Position numbers and translations under genes: made by a program
From: Azolla caroliniana
Lineage: Eukaryota > Plantae > Polypodiophyta
DNA length: 64,000 nucleotides
Reading direction: 5' to 3'
NCBI GenBank assembly: GCA_043228905.1
Contig: JBHGNT010000004.1
Coordinates: 9,796,001-9,860,000 of the forward strand
The notes under the pieces: model-generated
What the model was told of the DNA's origin: nothing
The model's database searches: none
Seen by the model: only the letters and a program-made list of their open reading frames with translations
Shown: positions 11,033-24,698 of the stretch, in pieces
How positions within the stretch are numbered: the stretch's first letter is position 1
How the letters are laid out: each line of letters starts with the position of its first letter

Positions 11033-13420
11033 GCAATAGTTACAAATGACAACCAACCCTCACTAAAGGTTACAAAGTCACTTTATATAGTGACTGTCCT
11101 AGGGCAACTGCCCTTTATGCTATTTACAGAAATAGCCCGAACTTGGGTTGTCCAAAGGGACAGTGTGAATATGGCCATTATACACTCGTATTCGACACTC
11201 CCCCGTAATGGGCGTATACATGGGTTATCTTAAAGATATACAAGTATATATACAAGGTTTCTCGGACAAATTGGTTTTCTCAGAGTCGGCAAGCTCCGAA
11301 GACAGAAGACCGAATCGGTTGGGTCGGAATAGCTAAAGCCGATCCTCAGAGAACCGATGTCGGTGGTCCGAAACTGTCCTAGCTGAATCAGCTCCAAGTT
11401 GTTAGCGGCCACGATGCCGAGGATGAAACCGAGGGTCATCATTTTCACCACTGGTGAAAAGATTTCGTCGAAGTCGATGCCATATTCTTGTCTAAATCCC
11501 TTCGCAACTAATTTGGCCTTGTACTTTGGGTTGGTCGAGTCGGATGTCTCATTTAGTCGATAGACCCACTTACACGGAAGAGCACATTGATTCTTCGGTA
11601 ATTCGACCAAGTCCCAAGTTTTGTTTGCCCGAATGGAGTGCATTTCTGACTCCATCGCCAGATGCCAGGTGGTTGAATTGGCAGATGCCGATGCTTCTTC
11701 GTAAGACGTCGGTTCACCGATGTCAGTAAAGAAAATTCCGGGAGAGTACCTTTCTAGAGGTTGCGACAGTCTCTCAGATCTGTGAGGTATGAGTGGATTG
11801 GTCACAGTAGGTGTTGATGTCGGATGGTCGGGAGCCGAGCCATTCGGCTGTGCCGAATTGTTGGATTCGGTGTGACAGTTGTCGGTTACCCATGAAACCG
11901 ATCTTGTGTTGTGGGCTGGGCCGTCACGAAGGGTTGGCACTTTGGAAAATATTACCCTTCAGACTTCAGTAGGCCTTTCGGCCATTTTATGCATAACCGG
12001 CTCAATGAACACGACGTCGGAACTTCGGACGATTTGTCTGTGCTCGGGGTCCCAAAGTCGGTATCCGATCTCGCCGTCAGGTCCATACCCAAGGGAAACG
12101 CATTTCCTTGATCTTGGTTCGAGTTTCCGTTGGCGACATATTTATGATGTGTACTGCCGTAAGTAGAGCCTCCGCCCAAAAGCCATCCGACAGTCCAGAG
12201 TGTTGAAGCATGGATACTACGCATTCTTGAATCGTCCGATTCATGCGTTCAGCAATTCCGTTCTGCTCTGGACTATAGGGTGTTGTATATTCACGTCGAA
12301 TGCCGCGTTCCCGGCAGAATTTGACGAATTCTTCAGACTTGAATTCTCCTCCATTGTTGGTTCGGAGACATTTCAGTTTCCGACCGGTCTGATTTTCGAC
12401 AATTTCAAGACATTCGGAGAAGATCGAGAACACCCGATCTTTGGTTCTAATGGGGTAAGCCCACACCTTCCGAGTCGAGTCGTCAATAAAACTAACGAAG
12501 TACAAAGCACCACCGAGAGACTAATGTGGCATTGGGCCACAGACGTCTGAGTGGACCAAATCAAGGGGACTGAATTCTCTTGGTGCTGATGTCGGATGTG
12601 ATGGGGCTACCTGTTTGCCGTACTAGCAATGCTCACAGTATTGGTGATTCAAGAAGGAGAGTTTGGGGATGTAACCGGCTCTAGATAGGTGCGTTATGCC
12701 GGCCTTGCTGAGGTGTCCAAGTCGTCCATGCCATAACGATGACACGGGGATATCTACCAAAAATAAGTCACCCTCTTTGAGTGTGACATATAAAGGATAC
12801 AAGGAATGTACCTTTGGTCCTCGAGCAAGCAGGAGGTTCGCTTTGTGGAGTGTCCACCCTCCTAATGAGACTCCAGCACGGATGCCGGCTTCGTCAAACT
12901 GTCCGACTAAGATCAGGGGTCTTGAGAGCTCAGGAACATGTCAGACGTTGTGTAGTACGAGCGTAGGGCCACCCGAAAGGTTGAGCTCTACGGTGCCGAT
13001 TCTGATTATAGCACAGTGTTGGGAGTTTCCTACTCGAACTGAGTCGGAGTGCCGGTTCGAGTATTACCGATACTGAGATCGGTGAGGTGTCACATGATAC
13101 AATGCGCCCGAGTCCAAGAGCCATGTGCTCGATTCCTCAGTCGTAAGCACAACTTCTGATTCGATTGGGTTCTCTATGGACAATATGTTCGGGTCGGTCA
13201 TCAAAATTTCAGCTGAAGAGCCGACATAGGTGACCTCCTCATGCGGGCTACTCTTCTTATCCGCTCTCTGAGCTTTGTCGGTTTTTTCTTTGAGTGCCCG
13301 GCAGTCGACTTTGATGTGTCCCGGTTTCTTGCAGTAGTTGCAGATTCGGTTGTCCCGGGACTTGCTTCGGCTTCGTTGATTGTTCGGCGGTCGGGAAGAA
13401 CTTCTTCCCCAGTTGTTTGG

Positions 13421-14047
13421 TCAGTCGGTCGAACCTTGTACTACGTAAGCTTCATTTGCCAAGTCTTTGGCGGAAGACTTTCTCCGAGCTGCTTCAGTCA
13501 GGATTGCGCTCGTGACTTCGGAGTACTTAACGGCAGCTGTTGAAGCATTGCACACGGTTGTAACGAAAGTTTCCCATGAAGAGGGGAGACTACTCATGAG
13601 TATCATTGCTCTGAGTTCATCCTCCATTGCCGCCCCCTGAGATGAGATTTGGGAGCTTATGCTTTCGTACTCATTGAGGTGTGCCTGAACCGAATCGATT
13701 TCTTTCATCCGCAACTTGTAGAGGCACCGGATCAGATACATCTTCTTTGCGGCGACCTTCTTTTCATAAGTTTCCGATAGTGTTTTCCAAAGTTCAAACG
13801 TTGTCGTGCATGATTGCACTGTGAAGTACACTGACTCCGACAAGTGCATCCGAATCGTGGCTCGGACAATTCTGTCCAGCTTTAGCCACTCGTTTGCCTT
13901 GTATGCTTCTAGAGGATTTTCATTCTCAAACGGGTCTGTTTGACACTTGACTATAAGATAGTCCTGCATTTGTTCCTTGCAGAAGTTGAAGTTCGAACCG
14001 TCGAACCTCCTTAGACTCATCTCCGATGAGTTGGATGTTGATGCCAT
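13421..14047 (-). pseudogene. Copia-C gag (UBN2-type) fragment
   Basis: RFDGSNFNF..MQDYL; LMSSLPSSWETFV. Confidence 0.85.
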
Positions 14048-14728
14048 CTAATTCAGTTTCGGTTTGGAAGACTCGGTTTGGAGTTGACTACGAACCTTAG
14101 TGGGGTGCAGCCGGTTGGCTCACCCGATATCGTTCTAGTCGGTTTTGAACCTGAGTCGGTTTGGTTTCGAATACTTGTTGCTGAACTTGCTCGGAGTGAC
14201 TCCGGTAACTTGAGGAACAAAACCGGTTGGTCTTCCCTAATGTTGCCGAGTCGGAGTGAGCCCGGTTAGCTTCCGATTGTATGCCGAATACCGATTACAC
14301 GAAACCGATTGTTTGGGTCGATTCTGCTTCGGATGACTGCAGCGATGAGAGGGACGGATCCAACTGATCCTCCCGAATGTCGATCAGCCAAGTGAAGCAT
14401 GAAGTGGTTGTTGCTAGGTGACCAATTTGTAGCGGGTGGTTACAACAAGCGGGTGAATAGTGTCCGGTGACCTATTCGAATGCCTTTTAACCGAATGAAG
14501 CACGATTGGGTCGGGTGTTGCACATGGAGCTCCCCTCAAGCGGTTACAATCACAGGAACAGAGTACAACCGGTTGGCTTACTCCAGTTTGTGATTTAACA
14601 CAGTGAGATGCGAGCTTTTTGTTTGTCTTCTCCCTTCTCTGTTCTTCAAAGAAAACAAAAACAGAATGTTGTGTTGTACGATGACGGCCGATAGTGGGTT
14701 GAAGAACCTCCAACGCTCTGATACCAAA

Positions 14729-15029
14729 TGTTGTGGACAAGGCCGTCAATGTAGAAGTGCAAGCAACATTCGTGATGAAGAAGAACCTGTGTATGCATGA
14801 GCAAGATAGACACAGAGGGAGAGAGAGAGAGAGAGAGGCACAAAGGAAACGTTATATTCCAATAGCAACAGTTACAAATGACAACCAACCCTCACTAAAG
14901 GTTACAAAGTCACTTTATATAGTGACTGTCCTAGGGCAACTGCCCTTAATGCTATTTACAGAAATAGCCTGAACTTGGGTTGTCCAAAGGGACAGTGTGA
15001 ATACGGCCATTATACACTCGTATTCGACA
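14729..15029 (-). repeat. 5' LTR of Copia-C (301 bp)
   Basis: TG..CA; homologous to 11033-11197, 44329-44630 and 47228-47499. Confidence 0.93.
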
Positions 15030-15468
15030 AAAAGGTGAATGGGTTTCGCCTTAAACCTTAATTGGGATCTACGCCACCTAACCTATTTCCTGCCGGACAG
15101 GACAAAGCCGGAGAATCCACGGAGTAAGTATAGGTCCCTACTTGTACTATAGTGTAAAAATAAGATTGTATGTAATAGTTACAAAAGAAAAAAGAGAGAG
15201 AAGATAGTGACACTATTAAAAGGACTTAAGGCATGCACAAACTTCTAAACCAAGAACACATGACACCACGATGGCTCACTGACCAATGAACCCTAGGCCA
15301 CAAAAAGAAGAAAATAGAAGGTTTTCTACACAATATAGAAATCAACCTTCTAACTCTCATTACCCTCATCGCTCCCCTCACTCACCCTCCGCTCCATCAT
15401 ATCACAAAGCTCAAGTTCGCCATAGCCAGCAGTCCTCACCCACTAGCCACGAGTCTCAGCATCCTACT

Positions 15469-18121
15469 ATGCCAATCCCTATTTCTGTCGCCTTGCGTCG
15501 ATGGCTCGTGGAGAAACTCCTGGATGGATACATCAAAGTCGCAGAGGCACCCCCTCACCCTGAAGCCGTGGACATTGCTAGGAAGCTTAATATCGACACA
15601 GTCACCAACACATCCATCCGGAAGACGCTTGACCTGTCATCGCTGGGAGAAAGACATTTTGAAATCCCACTTGCGGAAACTTTGTAGAGATATTTTAGGC
15701 CATATTTGGCGTCCGCCAAGGCCTACCAAACGAAGGAAATCCCCGACCCCTTCTTTCGCGAAATAGCCAAGTTCCTATTGGAGGTCGGATGTGTGCATGT
15801 AAATACATATGGGATGCCCAAGCAGAAGGCAGATATTATCATTGATACCTTCGAAGGGCGCACGAACGATTGGGGGGTCATTATGGGGCCAATGTTACGA
15901 GAAGGCCTGCACATGTATCAAGGCCGCAAAAAGCTAAGGCCTATCATACAACAGTATCTGATGATACTATATCCACCCCGAGGTCTACCCACACCACAAC
16001 CCAGCAAACCCACGCCGCCGCCACGATCCACGAAACGAAGGTTAGCGGAGTTGGCCACCATAGAGTGGGAGGATGAACCCCAATCAGCCCAACCCAGCAC
16101 GCGAACAACACAGGAGGAACGGGCGGAGCGCAAGGAGGAAGCCGAGCAACCTCTGGGAAGCCCGAGGCCGAAATGGCGGAGGCTAGACAGGAAAGATGGG
16201 CGCAGGTTAGTTAAAGACACACTCGCGGCCACAGAGACGACCAGCATGGTTGACAACTCTGTAGCTACGGAGCCCAACACCACCTTCGAAATAATCCGGG
16301 AACCACAACCGATCATTTCGGCCCAGTCACGGCGGGGGAAAGGCGTATTTACGGCGGAAAGCGAGGTCCTGGCGTATCCGGACATTCCGGACACGGCCCA
16401 TGAGTTCGGCGCACTATTACAGTTCAGAACTACTTTTGAACTCATGGAATTTTTGGCAACACAACAAATAAAAGTCTCACAACGAATGGCCGAGGAGCAC
16501 GCGGAGAGACAAATGAACGAGTGCGCACTAACACAAACGGCGGAAATCGATGATGAGGGGTATCTAGCCAAAGTCGGCAGACAGCGGAACGCCGGTATAC
16601 GACGAATGGAGATGGAACTATCCCCATTAAACGCAACCCTTGTTGAGGTTCATAAGGAACTGGCTAAGGTCAGTATCGGCGCCAAGGATATGGCGATTAA
16701 AAATAAAAATGTCTGGAAAACGATCAAACAGACCCAAGCCGAGCTACAAAAGTCCAACAAACGCATCGCGGAGTTGAAACGTGACGCGATTATGGCGCAA
16801 CGGGTAGCTCAACCAACAAACAACGCCGCCAAGGCCCTGAGAGAAGAAAGCGCAGACCGCCATTGCCTCGAAAGCAAAGAGGTCGTGCAACTGGGGGAAT
16901 CAGAGATTGACCGCCTCTACTCTGAACTTTGCTAATCCTCTGACAGAGAAAAGGACATCCGGGCCAACGGCCGAAAGGCAGTGAAGACCCTTGAAGAGAA
17001 ACTCATAATAGAGGCAGCACAGCACACCCGCATGAAAGAAGAAAACGCCAAACTACGGGAGGAAGCGCAAAAATAAAAAACATCAATCATAGGACTCCGG
17101 GTGTTATTGGAAAAGAAGAAAGCATGGTTCGACGAGCAGCTGGTACGGGAACAGGAGAGGAGGCATCAGCTCGAAATCCGCTTGAACAATGAAATGGGAA
17201 AGCTAGAGGAATTACATTCGAAGGAATCTCAGCTATGGGCAGGAATGAGGAGCAATTATGAGGAAGCGGCGGCGGTCAGTAAACAAGAGATCGAAAACCT
17301 CAAGAAAACCGTAGAAGAAGCACGCAACCGCTGCCAAGCAATAACCGACAACGTGCGCATACTTCTTCAAACAAATCGGGAGAGGTTTATGGTGCAATTA
17401 CACGAGGCACTAGACAAAGGTTGGATGGCGTGGGCTGCACAAGCGGCGGAGTTGCATACGTACCGGGCGGACTGGGAGAACCGAAGAAAAGACAACTGAG
17501 GTTTCTACAAACTCAATGAGGAAAGCATTGATTGCGGCAGTATGCGAGGACGTAGCATAGGATTATCGCACTCTAGCGGACCAACACTTCGAGGACCTCG
17601 CGCAGCTACTAGACGATTTTGGCGAAAGTTAGGAGGACTTGTTTCACCAAATCATGCAAGTCGGCAGCACGCGACCAAACGCGGAATCCATCGCGGTACC
17701 AATACAGGATAATGCCAAACGAGAGGAACCTCAGCCCACGTCACTAGAAATAACCACTATGGTGGACAACACGGAACAGCAAGTAGAGCCCCCCGCGATA
17801 ACAGAAAGTGAGACCGCCAACCAAGAGGAACCCCAACCCCATTCACCGGAGCGTACAACTACGGCCGACACCACGGAGGAAGTTACGGACGAGACAGAAC
17901 CTCGACCTACCGAGAGCCCGCCAACGGTTGAGCCAGCCACAATAGCACGGGATGAGCCAACAGAGCCTGGACCGCCCACATAGGAAGCCAACGACACCAT
18001 GGGAAGCCATATTGAGCAAGTAATGGAACCACGCAACGACGCGCCTATGGACACTACGCCGTCCCCAAACCCAAACATTGGAGCGGAACCAAACATCCGG
18101 GCCATTTTGGAGGAGGATTAA
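15469..18121 (+). pseudogene. Additional 3' ORF of Gypsy-P1 (~880 codons, disrupted; globular N-domain, coiled coil, Pro/Glu/Thr-rich tail)
   Basis: ORF pieces 15286-15687, 15706-16935 and 17101-17499 share one frame. After a frameshift, the 17639 frame continues to a TAA at 18119-18121 abutting the PPT. Homologous to the ORF at 28660-30230. Confidence 0.8.
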
Positions 18122-18135
18122 AGGGGTGGGTCCAA

Positions 18136-18637
18136 TGTGCCATGGCACTATCCCATAGGCATGCCAGGTGTTGTCCACCGGAATAGTAACTGACAGACAG
18201 GAGTGTAGAAATATAGAATATAGAAAAAAACGTAAGTAACGCATGTAACGGTTCACGCGGGAAGCGTGAACGGTTAAAAGACCCTGTGTATATAAAGGGC
18301 AGAAATCCTCTGTAAGAGGTAGTGTGTAAATTTTGGGCATAGAGTGTTATGTTAATAGAGTACTATATTCTCTTATTATCGTGCATATCTATGCTTGATC
18401 TACTGTGTTTCTGTGATTCTCGATGGCGTATTGTAAGCGTAAGAGCATAGCCGTGAGTGCGTTTACTAGCACACTATCTAAGGAGTTCGGTTGTAGCCAT
18501 CTCCCTTATATGCTACTAGGATACAGGGAAGTATCCCATTACGTATTACGGTACGACGTTACCGTTCGTTGCAACGCAGTCACTTTGAGGTTCCTAATCG
18601 AAGGACTAACTGTAGACCGTGTTCCTAATCGGTAACA
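18136..18637 (+). repeat. 3' LTR of Gypsy-P1
   Basis: Follows the PPT; TG..CA; TATA near 18288. Gag sequence of another element starts immediately after 18637. Confidence 0.72.
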
Positions 18638-20454
18638 GTCATCGATCGGGTGCTGGAAATGGATAAACATAGCTCTCTGATGACGACGGGAGCCCTGCAT
18701 ATGGCCCTTCCAAATAAGGAGGATCTCAGGGTTCGCCAGGAGTTGCAATGCACAACGTGTTTAAACTCGGGCCATTCGACAATAGACTACACAATGAGGA
18801 CACAATGTATGATATGTCACTCACGGGCACACACAACGGACCGATGTGAGTACAACCTGCTCAACCGACAAGCGGCACCAGTGCGGAACATTAAACCACG
18901 TCGCAGTCATGAACCGGACGACGAATGGTTCCGGAGGGAGGACCGATACCGACCAGAACGTGGGAATCGATACAATGATAGAAGACACGACGACTATGAC
19001 CGCGATCGCGACAACCGCCATAGGGAAGGCTACAACCGAGATCGGTATGAATGGGACTACTCCCCTGATTACGACCGGAGAAGGGACGATAGACGCTCTC
19101 TAGAACGACAAGGAAATCGGAATTTCCGACGCAACAAAAAATGAGGGTATTTTCGTAGGGAAGAGCGCCGGGAAGCAACCAGAGAGTACAATCCAAGAAG
19201 CACAAACACTGTTGTGACACCACCGAAGCAACGATAAACGGAGGACAACCGCCGGATAACCTTCGATGCACAGAACAGAAACATGGACAAGAGGGAGTCA
19301 GGCAGCAACCGTAAGGCATATTGCTATTATTTCCGGAAGGATGGGCATTATAGCAACCAATGTCCGGTCAAGGCTAACGAAAAACAACCGGCGGTAAACA
19401 TGGTCACCGCTGAAGTTACCGACATCTAGCAAGTCGCTACCCGTTCCAAAGGAACAACGGTCGAGTGGGAAACTCAGGAGCATATCCGGAAGCAAGCCAC
19501 CGAATGGATTAAGAAATCCAATGAACTTAATGTGGCCGAGATATAGGAACAAAACTTATAGCCGGAGGAGCCCGTAAAGAGTACCGACAAGGACCCAACT
19601 TGGCAGGCATTACAAGAATGCCAGATTGTGTTACCATTGGGGCGCCTGCTACAATTACTCCCCCAGTTTACTGAAGGGCTCAAAACAACGTTCACCGCAC
19701 CAAATCAGGAGCCGTCACTAGCATTCTTCTCCAATTCGGAGGAAGGACCGGTAGTGGTGGACACAAGCAGCCTGTCCATCATAGTGATTGTTAAAGGCAA
19801 AGAGATCACCGGAACCATTATTGACGGTGGTTCAGGGGTGAACGTCATCAGCAAGGGGACATGTGACACCATGGGAATCTGAGATTGGGAACCGTGTCCA
19901 TTCCGGCTAAGAATGGCGGATACAAGTTCGGTTCGACCAACCAGACTCATCCAGGACTTGGACATCACAATCGGAGGATACGCATTCCGGATATCGGTAG
20001 TAGTATTACAACTTAATGTGCAAGGGGGCTATCCCCTATTGCTAGGATACCATGGTTGCGGATGGCACACATAAAACAAAACAAGCAAAAGAATGTAATC
20101 ACCTTTCCACGAGGAAAGACCAAAGTACGCGTACCGCCACAACCACGAGTAGGAACCAGTAAGGAAGTAACCCCCCTATATGCGGAGAGCATCAACATGT
20201 TGGACGGGTTAGATGACGAAGAAGTCGACCGTTACTTGGAAGAGCACCCGAAGATTGTGCCATTATTTGAGGTAGACATAACTGAAGCCGTCATACCATA
20301 TGTGACGAACCTGGGAAAGGAATCAGACGAACCGGATGAAGAAGAAATCCAGGAGTTATGACAAGCACAAGAATCATTGGAAAGGGAAATGACTATATCC
20401 CAAAGAGTAAAAGCATCCCAGCTGAGAGTAACGGATGCGTTCCCACTACCGTTC
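18638..20454 (+). mobile_element. Gypsy-P2 fragment: gag C-half, protease and start of RT (same lineage as P3)
   Basis: Knuckles CTTCLNSGH and CMICHSRAHTTDRC, protease IIDGGSGVNVI and PLLLG..W, then deletion to VTDAFPLPF. Colinear with 31500-32700 on the minus strand. Confidence 0.85.
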
Positions 20455-23156
20455 AACCATGGGCTCGGGAGACTATGACCGAGAAGGGAGTCGACGCAAC
20501 CACAGTGGAGCAATTGTTGAAGGAGATGGAGAATCTGAAAATCGCAATGGTGAAGAAGATAAAAGACCGTCCCACAAGTTCCAAGTACATGGACCGTCGA
20601 TGCATATGGTGCGATAGCACCGAACATGATCGAAGAGATTGCGACGAGCACAAGGAGGCGTTACAACGGGATCTTATCTACTACGAGGGAAATCGGATCC
20701 ATTCGATGGACTCTCGGAAGCCACTCCGACCGAACTTCCGAAAAGGCGGCATGAAGAAGGTCTTAGAGGAGGAGATCGCGGCGAAAAACAACTATGCGAC
20801 AACCGCGGGAATACGTGTGGGGGAGTCATCTAGAGCAAATGCGTCTTTTTGGCCGGAAGTGCTAGAAATTTCGAAGAAAGCCGACCATGATGAAATCCGA
20901 AGCACCGGGGAATGTATCCGGGAAGCTATGGGATGAGAGTGCCCCATAGATAAGAATAGCGTACATGCGCTATGTCAATTGCATGAAGTGTATGTGGATG
21001 AAAAACGAAGGCGCACGGATGATGCGGTCGGACCATCAAAGGTGTCGGAGAGCTAAAACTCTGAAGGGAAGGGGAAAGGAAAAACAATTCCGGCATTCAA
21101 ACTCACCTAGTACATCGAACAACAGACGGACCTAAAGAAGGTGTTTGAAGAGAGAATCCTTGATATCAATTTGATATCCAACGAGAAAAGAAGAAAGAAT
21201 ACCAGAAACTAGAGGATAAGTTGAGGTCGGCATTAATAATAAAAGAAGACGAAGAAATTGTGGGGGTAGTCGAAGAAGTGTTCTATGGGAGCATGCTACA
21301 ACAGCTTGAAGAGCTTGTGGAGGATAGAAGCCAAGGAGACCAGGTAGTCTCGATGGAATCAGTCGAGATGTACAAGATCATTGCGAAAATGGGGCCGGAT
21401 GCGCTCCACAAAGAAGAAGCAATGGTAAGTACGAAATACAAGACCGTGGAGAAGAAAGTGAAACCAGTCGCGGGACCGTTACCCGCTGATAGCGAGCAAA
21501 AGAGGAAAGAAGTCTCGGGAGATCCGACACTTCGGAAGTCCGTGGATATCGGACATGCCTTCATGGATGAGACCCGGAAGAAACTTCGGATCGATGGAGG
21601 TGGTTTCCTTTTACAAAATGAAGAAGAACGATTCCGTGGGATGTTGGAACAACATGGGAAAGCATTTGCATTCACATCGATGGAGACAGGGTGCGTTGAT
21701 CCGAAGATAGTGGAGCCGATGGTGATCTTAACGATTGACCATATGCTGTGGAACCTGAAGCCGATTCCGGTGCCACGGGCGCATATTCCAAAAGTCATCG
21801 ACTTGCTCAAGGAGAAGGTGGCGATGGGGATTCTAGAGCCATCAAATGCTCCGTACTCAAATCTATGGTTTACGGTTCCGAAGAAGAATGGGTCACTCCG
21901 ATTTATCCAAGACTTGCAACCCGTGAACAAAGTCACAATCCGGAACTCCGGAGTCAGTCCGATAGTGGACGAATTTGCGGAAGCATTTGCTGGTCATGGG
22001 ATATACTCCATCAGAGACCTATACTCGGGTATGACCAATTCCAACTATCCGTGGAGAGCCGAGACATCACTACCATGTGGACACCGATAGGATTAGTTTG
22101 AATGTGCACATTACCACAAGGAGCGACAAACTCGGTTGCACATATGATGAACGCAATGAACAAGGTGCTTTGAGACTGTCGTTCCTAGATGACATTCCGG
22201 TGAAAGGATGCGCGGTGGAAGAAAAAGATGAGATTATGGATGATCGGGGATGCCGACAGTTTGTAGTCGACCATATTCGCGATTGCAAGAAAGTGCTATG
22301 AAAGTTAGAAGATGTGCACCTAACACTTTCCAGTGAGAAATCGGCATTCGGACAAGAAGAAATATTGGTAGTTAGACATCTATGTGGGCCCTACGGCCGA
22401 AGACCAGCACCAACCAAGATCGATGCGATTCAAGCTATGAAAGAAGTATGTGAGTCACAATCCGAAGTTCGAAGGGTTCTTGGAGCTTGTGCATTTTATC
22501 ACATATGGATTCCACACTATGCACATATTGCGGACCCACTCTATCACTTGTTGTGGAAGGGTAAGAAGTTCAAATGGAGACCGGAACATACTAAAGCCAT
22601 GAAGAAGCTTAAGAAAATACTACGGAGGGCGGAATCACTTAAGAAGCCGAGCTATGACCGACCGATCATAGTAACGGTTGACACGAGTCAAACCGGAATC
22701 GGATGGGTCATCAATCAAGCTGACTTGGATGGTTCACGATATCCGATCCGATTCAGAGCAAAGGTTCTCAACGAAAGGCAACTTGAGTATGCACAAGTCA
22801 AAAGAGAGTTATGGGGAGTCGTGCCGGCAATCAAATTGGATCGAGATTATTTGATCGGAGCCGAAGTAGTGATCAAAACGGATTGTCTTCCGATACTTGG
22901 GATGATGTGATGTTGCACGATACCAGATGTGGCTATGCTAAGATGGATTGCATATGTTAAGTCGCTTAACCCGGACGTACGACACATCTCCGGAAAAGAT
23001 AACGTGGTAGCGGATATGCTATCAAGGGCTCAATTCTGAGACGACATATCTGAATCCGATAATGAAGAAGTTTCGGAAGACTACTTTGCTTCGAAGCACA
23101 TATGCCGATTAAACGTAATCCGAGAATTCCGAGAAGAAGAGTACAAGGGAGAAAGC

Positions 23157-24698
23157 TTGATGATCAGGAAGGTGCTACAAGAGATTGAGGAATCACCGTA
23201 TGATAAAGAGAAGAGAGCTGAGATCCGAAGGAAGAAGAGGCAAGTCCAAAAGTTCTTCTTGAAAAATGGATTAATATGGAGGGAGCCAAAAAGACCGGAT
23301 GGCATACCACTTTGGGTAGTCGGGATGAAAGAGCAACGAAACTGGATAATGTCCGAGTTTCACGAATCCGATTGGGCGGGACATCGAGGAACATGGGCAA
23401 CTTTTGTGAAAATCAAACAAAAATATTGGTGGAAGAATATGTACAAAGATATAGCGGAGTTCACGGAGAGCTGCGAGAAGTGTCAAATCTACTTCGGAGT
23501 TCGACACCGAGACGAGTTACATCCGACATTGTCACCAACAATCAACTTCAAATGGATTGTCGACATTGTAGCCATGCCAACTAGGATCGGACAAAAGAAG
23601 TACTTGGTGTTAGCTCGGGAAGATCTCATAAACCAAGTAGAAGGTCGAGCGCTATGGAGGAAAACGTGTTCTGCGGTATGCCAATTCCTTTTGGAAGAAG
23701 TGTTTTGCAAGTACGGGTGCGTAGGAAAAATGATTGCGGATCGGGGAGAACTCGACTCTGATAAAGCTAGGGAAGTCTTCACCAAACATGGAGTTCGATT
23801 AACACTAACAACGGCATACAATCTAGAGGCCAACGGAAAAATCGAACGAGGACATAGTCCAATCGTCAAAGCACTTGCCAAAGCATGCAACGGAAGGGTG
23901 AAGGATTGGCCGCAGATGCTCCCGTATGCACTATGGGCGGATCGGACAACGCATAGCTCCGTAACCGGTTATATGCCGACTGAACTTATGACTGGACAAG
24001 CACCGGTAATGCCGACGGAAACCGCGATCGCAACATGGACAATGCTACCATGGAAGGAAGAGATGAGCCGGGAAGAACTACTAGCGGTCCGGATACGACA
24101 ACTAGAGGGAAGACCGGAAGACATAGCGGAAGCAACACGCCAACAACAAGAAGCGCGATTCAGGAACAAAAGCCTATTCAACACAAAACATCGACTACGA
24201 CCGCGGAAGATTGAAGAAGGAGATTGGGTGATTGTCTATGACAGTAGTCTGGATCATCAACATACAACGATACGAAAGTTTGCGAAAAGGTGGTTCGGGC
24301 CATACGAGGTTCGAAAAGTTTTCGACAATGGAACTTACCGACTATGTGAGTTGGATGGGACGATACTACGAGTGCCTATAGCGGGGAAATGGGTAAAGAT
24401 CTTCAAGAAGCGGATTGACAACGAACCCTATGTAACCCTAGACAAGACCGACAACGAGGAGCAACCAGACAAAGATCGTGGTGATGCGGAAAGCGAAGAA
24501 AGTGGTCTACAATTGATGGTTGATATAAGGGAGGAATTGGGTAGTGCTATGGATGAAGACGAACAACAGGCATCGGGAACTTCGGCACCCGGGTTTGGAG
24601 GGGGCGAGTGTCGTAGTGTCATTCGCACACTACGTGAAAATTGCATTTTTGTCCCTCTGGATGGAATCGGTAAGGAGGAACCGGTGAGAACCGGATGA
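23157..24698 (+). pseudogene. Gypsy integrase ORF remnant (513 aa, open)
   Basis: H-H-C-C zinc domain (HESDWAGHRG..CEKCQ), DDE core and GPY module. Confidence 0.88.

Larger units (their letters stand above)
11033..15029 (-). mobile_element. Copia-C: Tork/Tnt1-like Copia with RT and RNase H largely deleted and a truncated 3' LTR
   Basis: 5' LTR 14729-15029, PBS 14715-14726, gag ORF 13421-14047, knuckle ICNYCKKPGH, integrase 12077-12505, RT start 11380-11650. PPT (rc ctccccc) at 11198-11204; partial 3' LTR 11033-11197. Confidence 0.92.
15030..18637 (+). mobile_element. Gypsy-P1: 3' part of a non-chromoviral Gypsy element (integrase end, extra ORF, PPT, 3' LTR)
   Basis: Integrase terminal motif KVNGFRLKP at 15032-15058; long extra ORF; PPT aaaggggtggg at 18120-18130; LTR 18136-18637 with TATATAAAGG, ending ggtaaca. 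Confidence 0.8.

Noticed and set aside
15706-16935. Host coiled-coil protein gene
   Set aside because: Lies between an integrase end and a PPT/LTR, has no introns, and has a homolog in the same position in Gypsy-P3.
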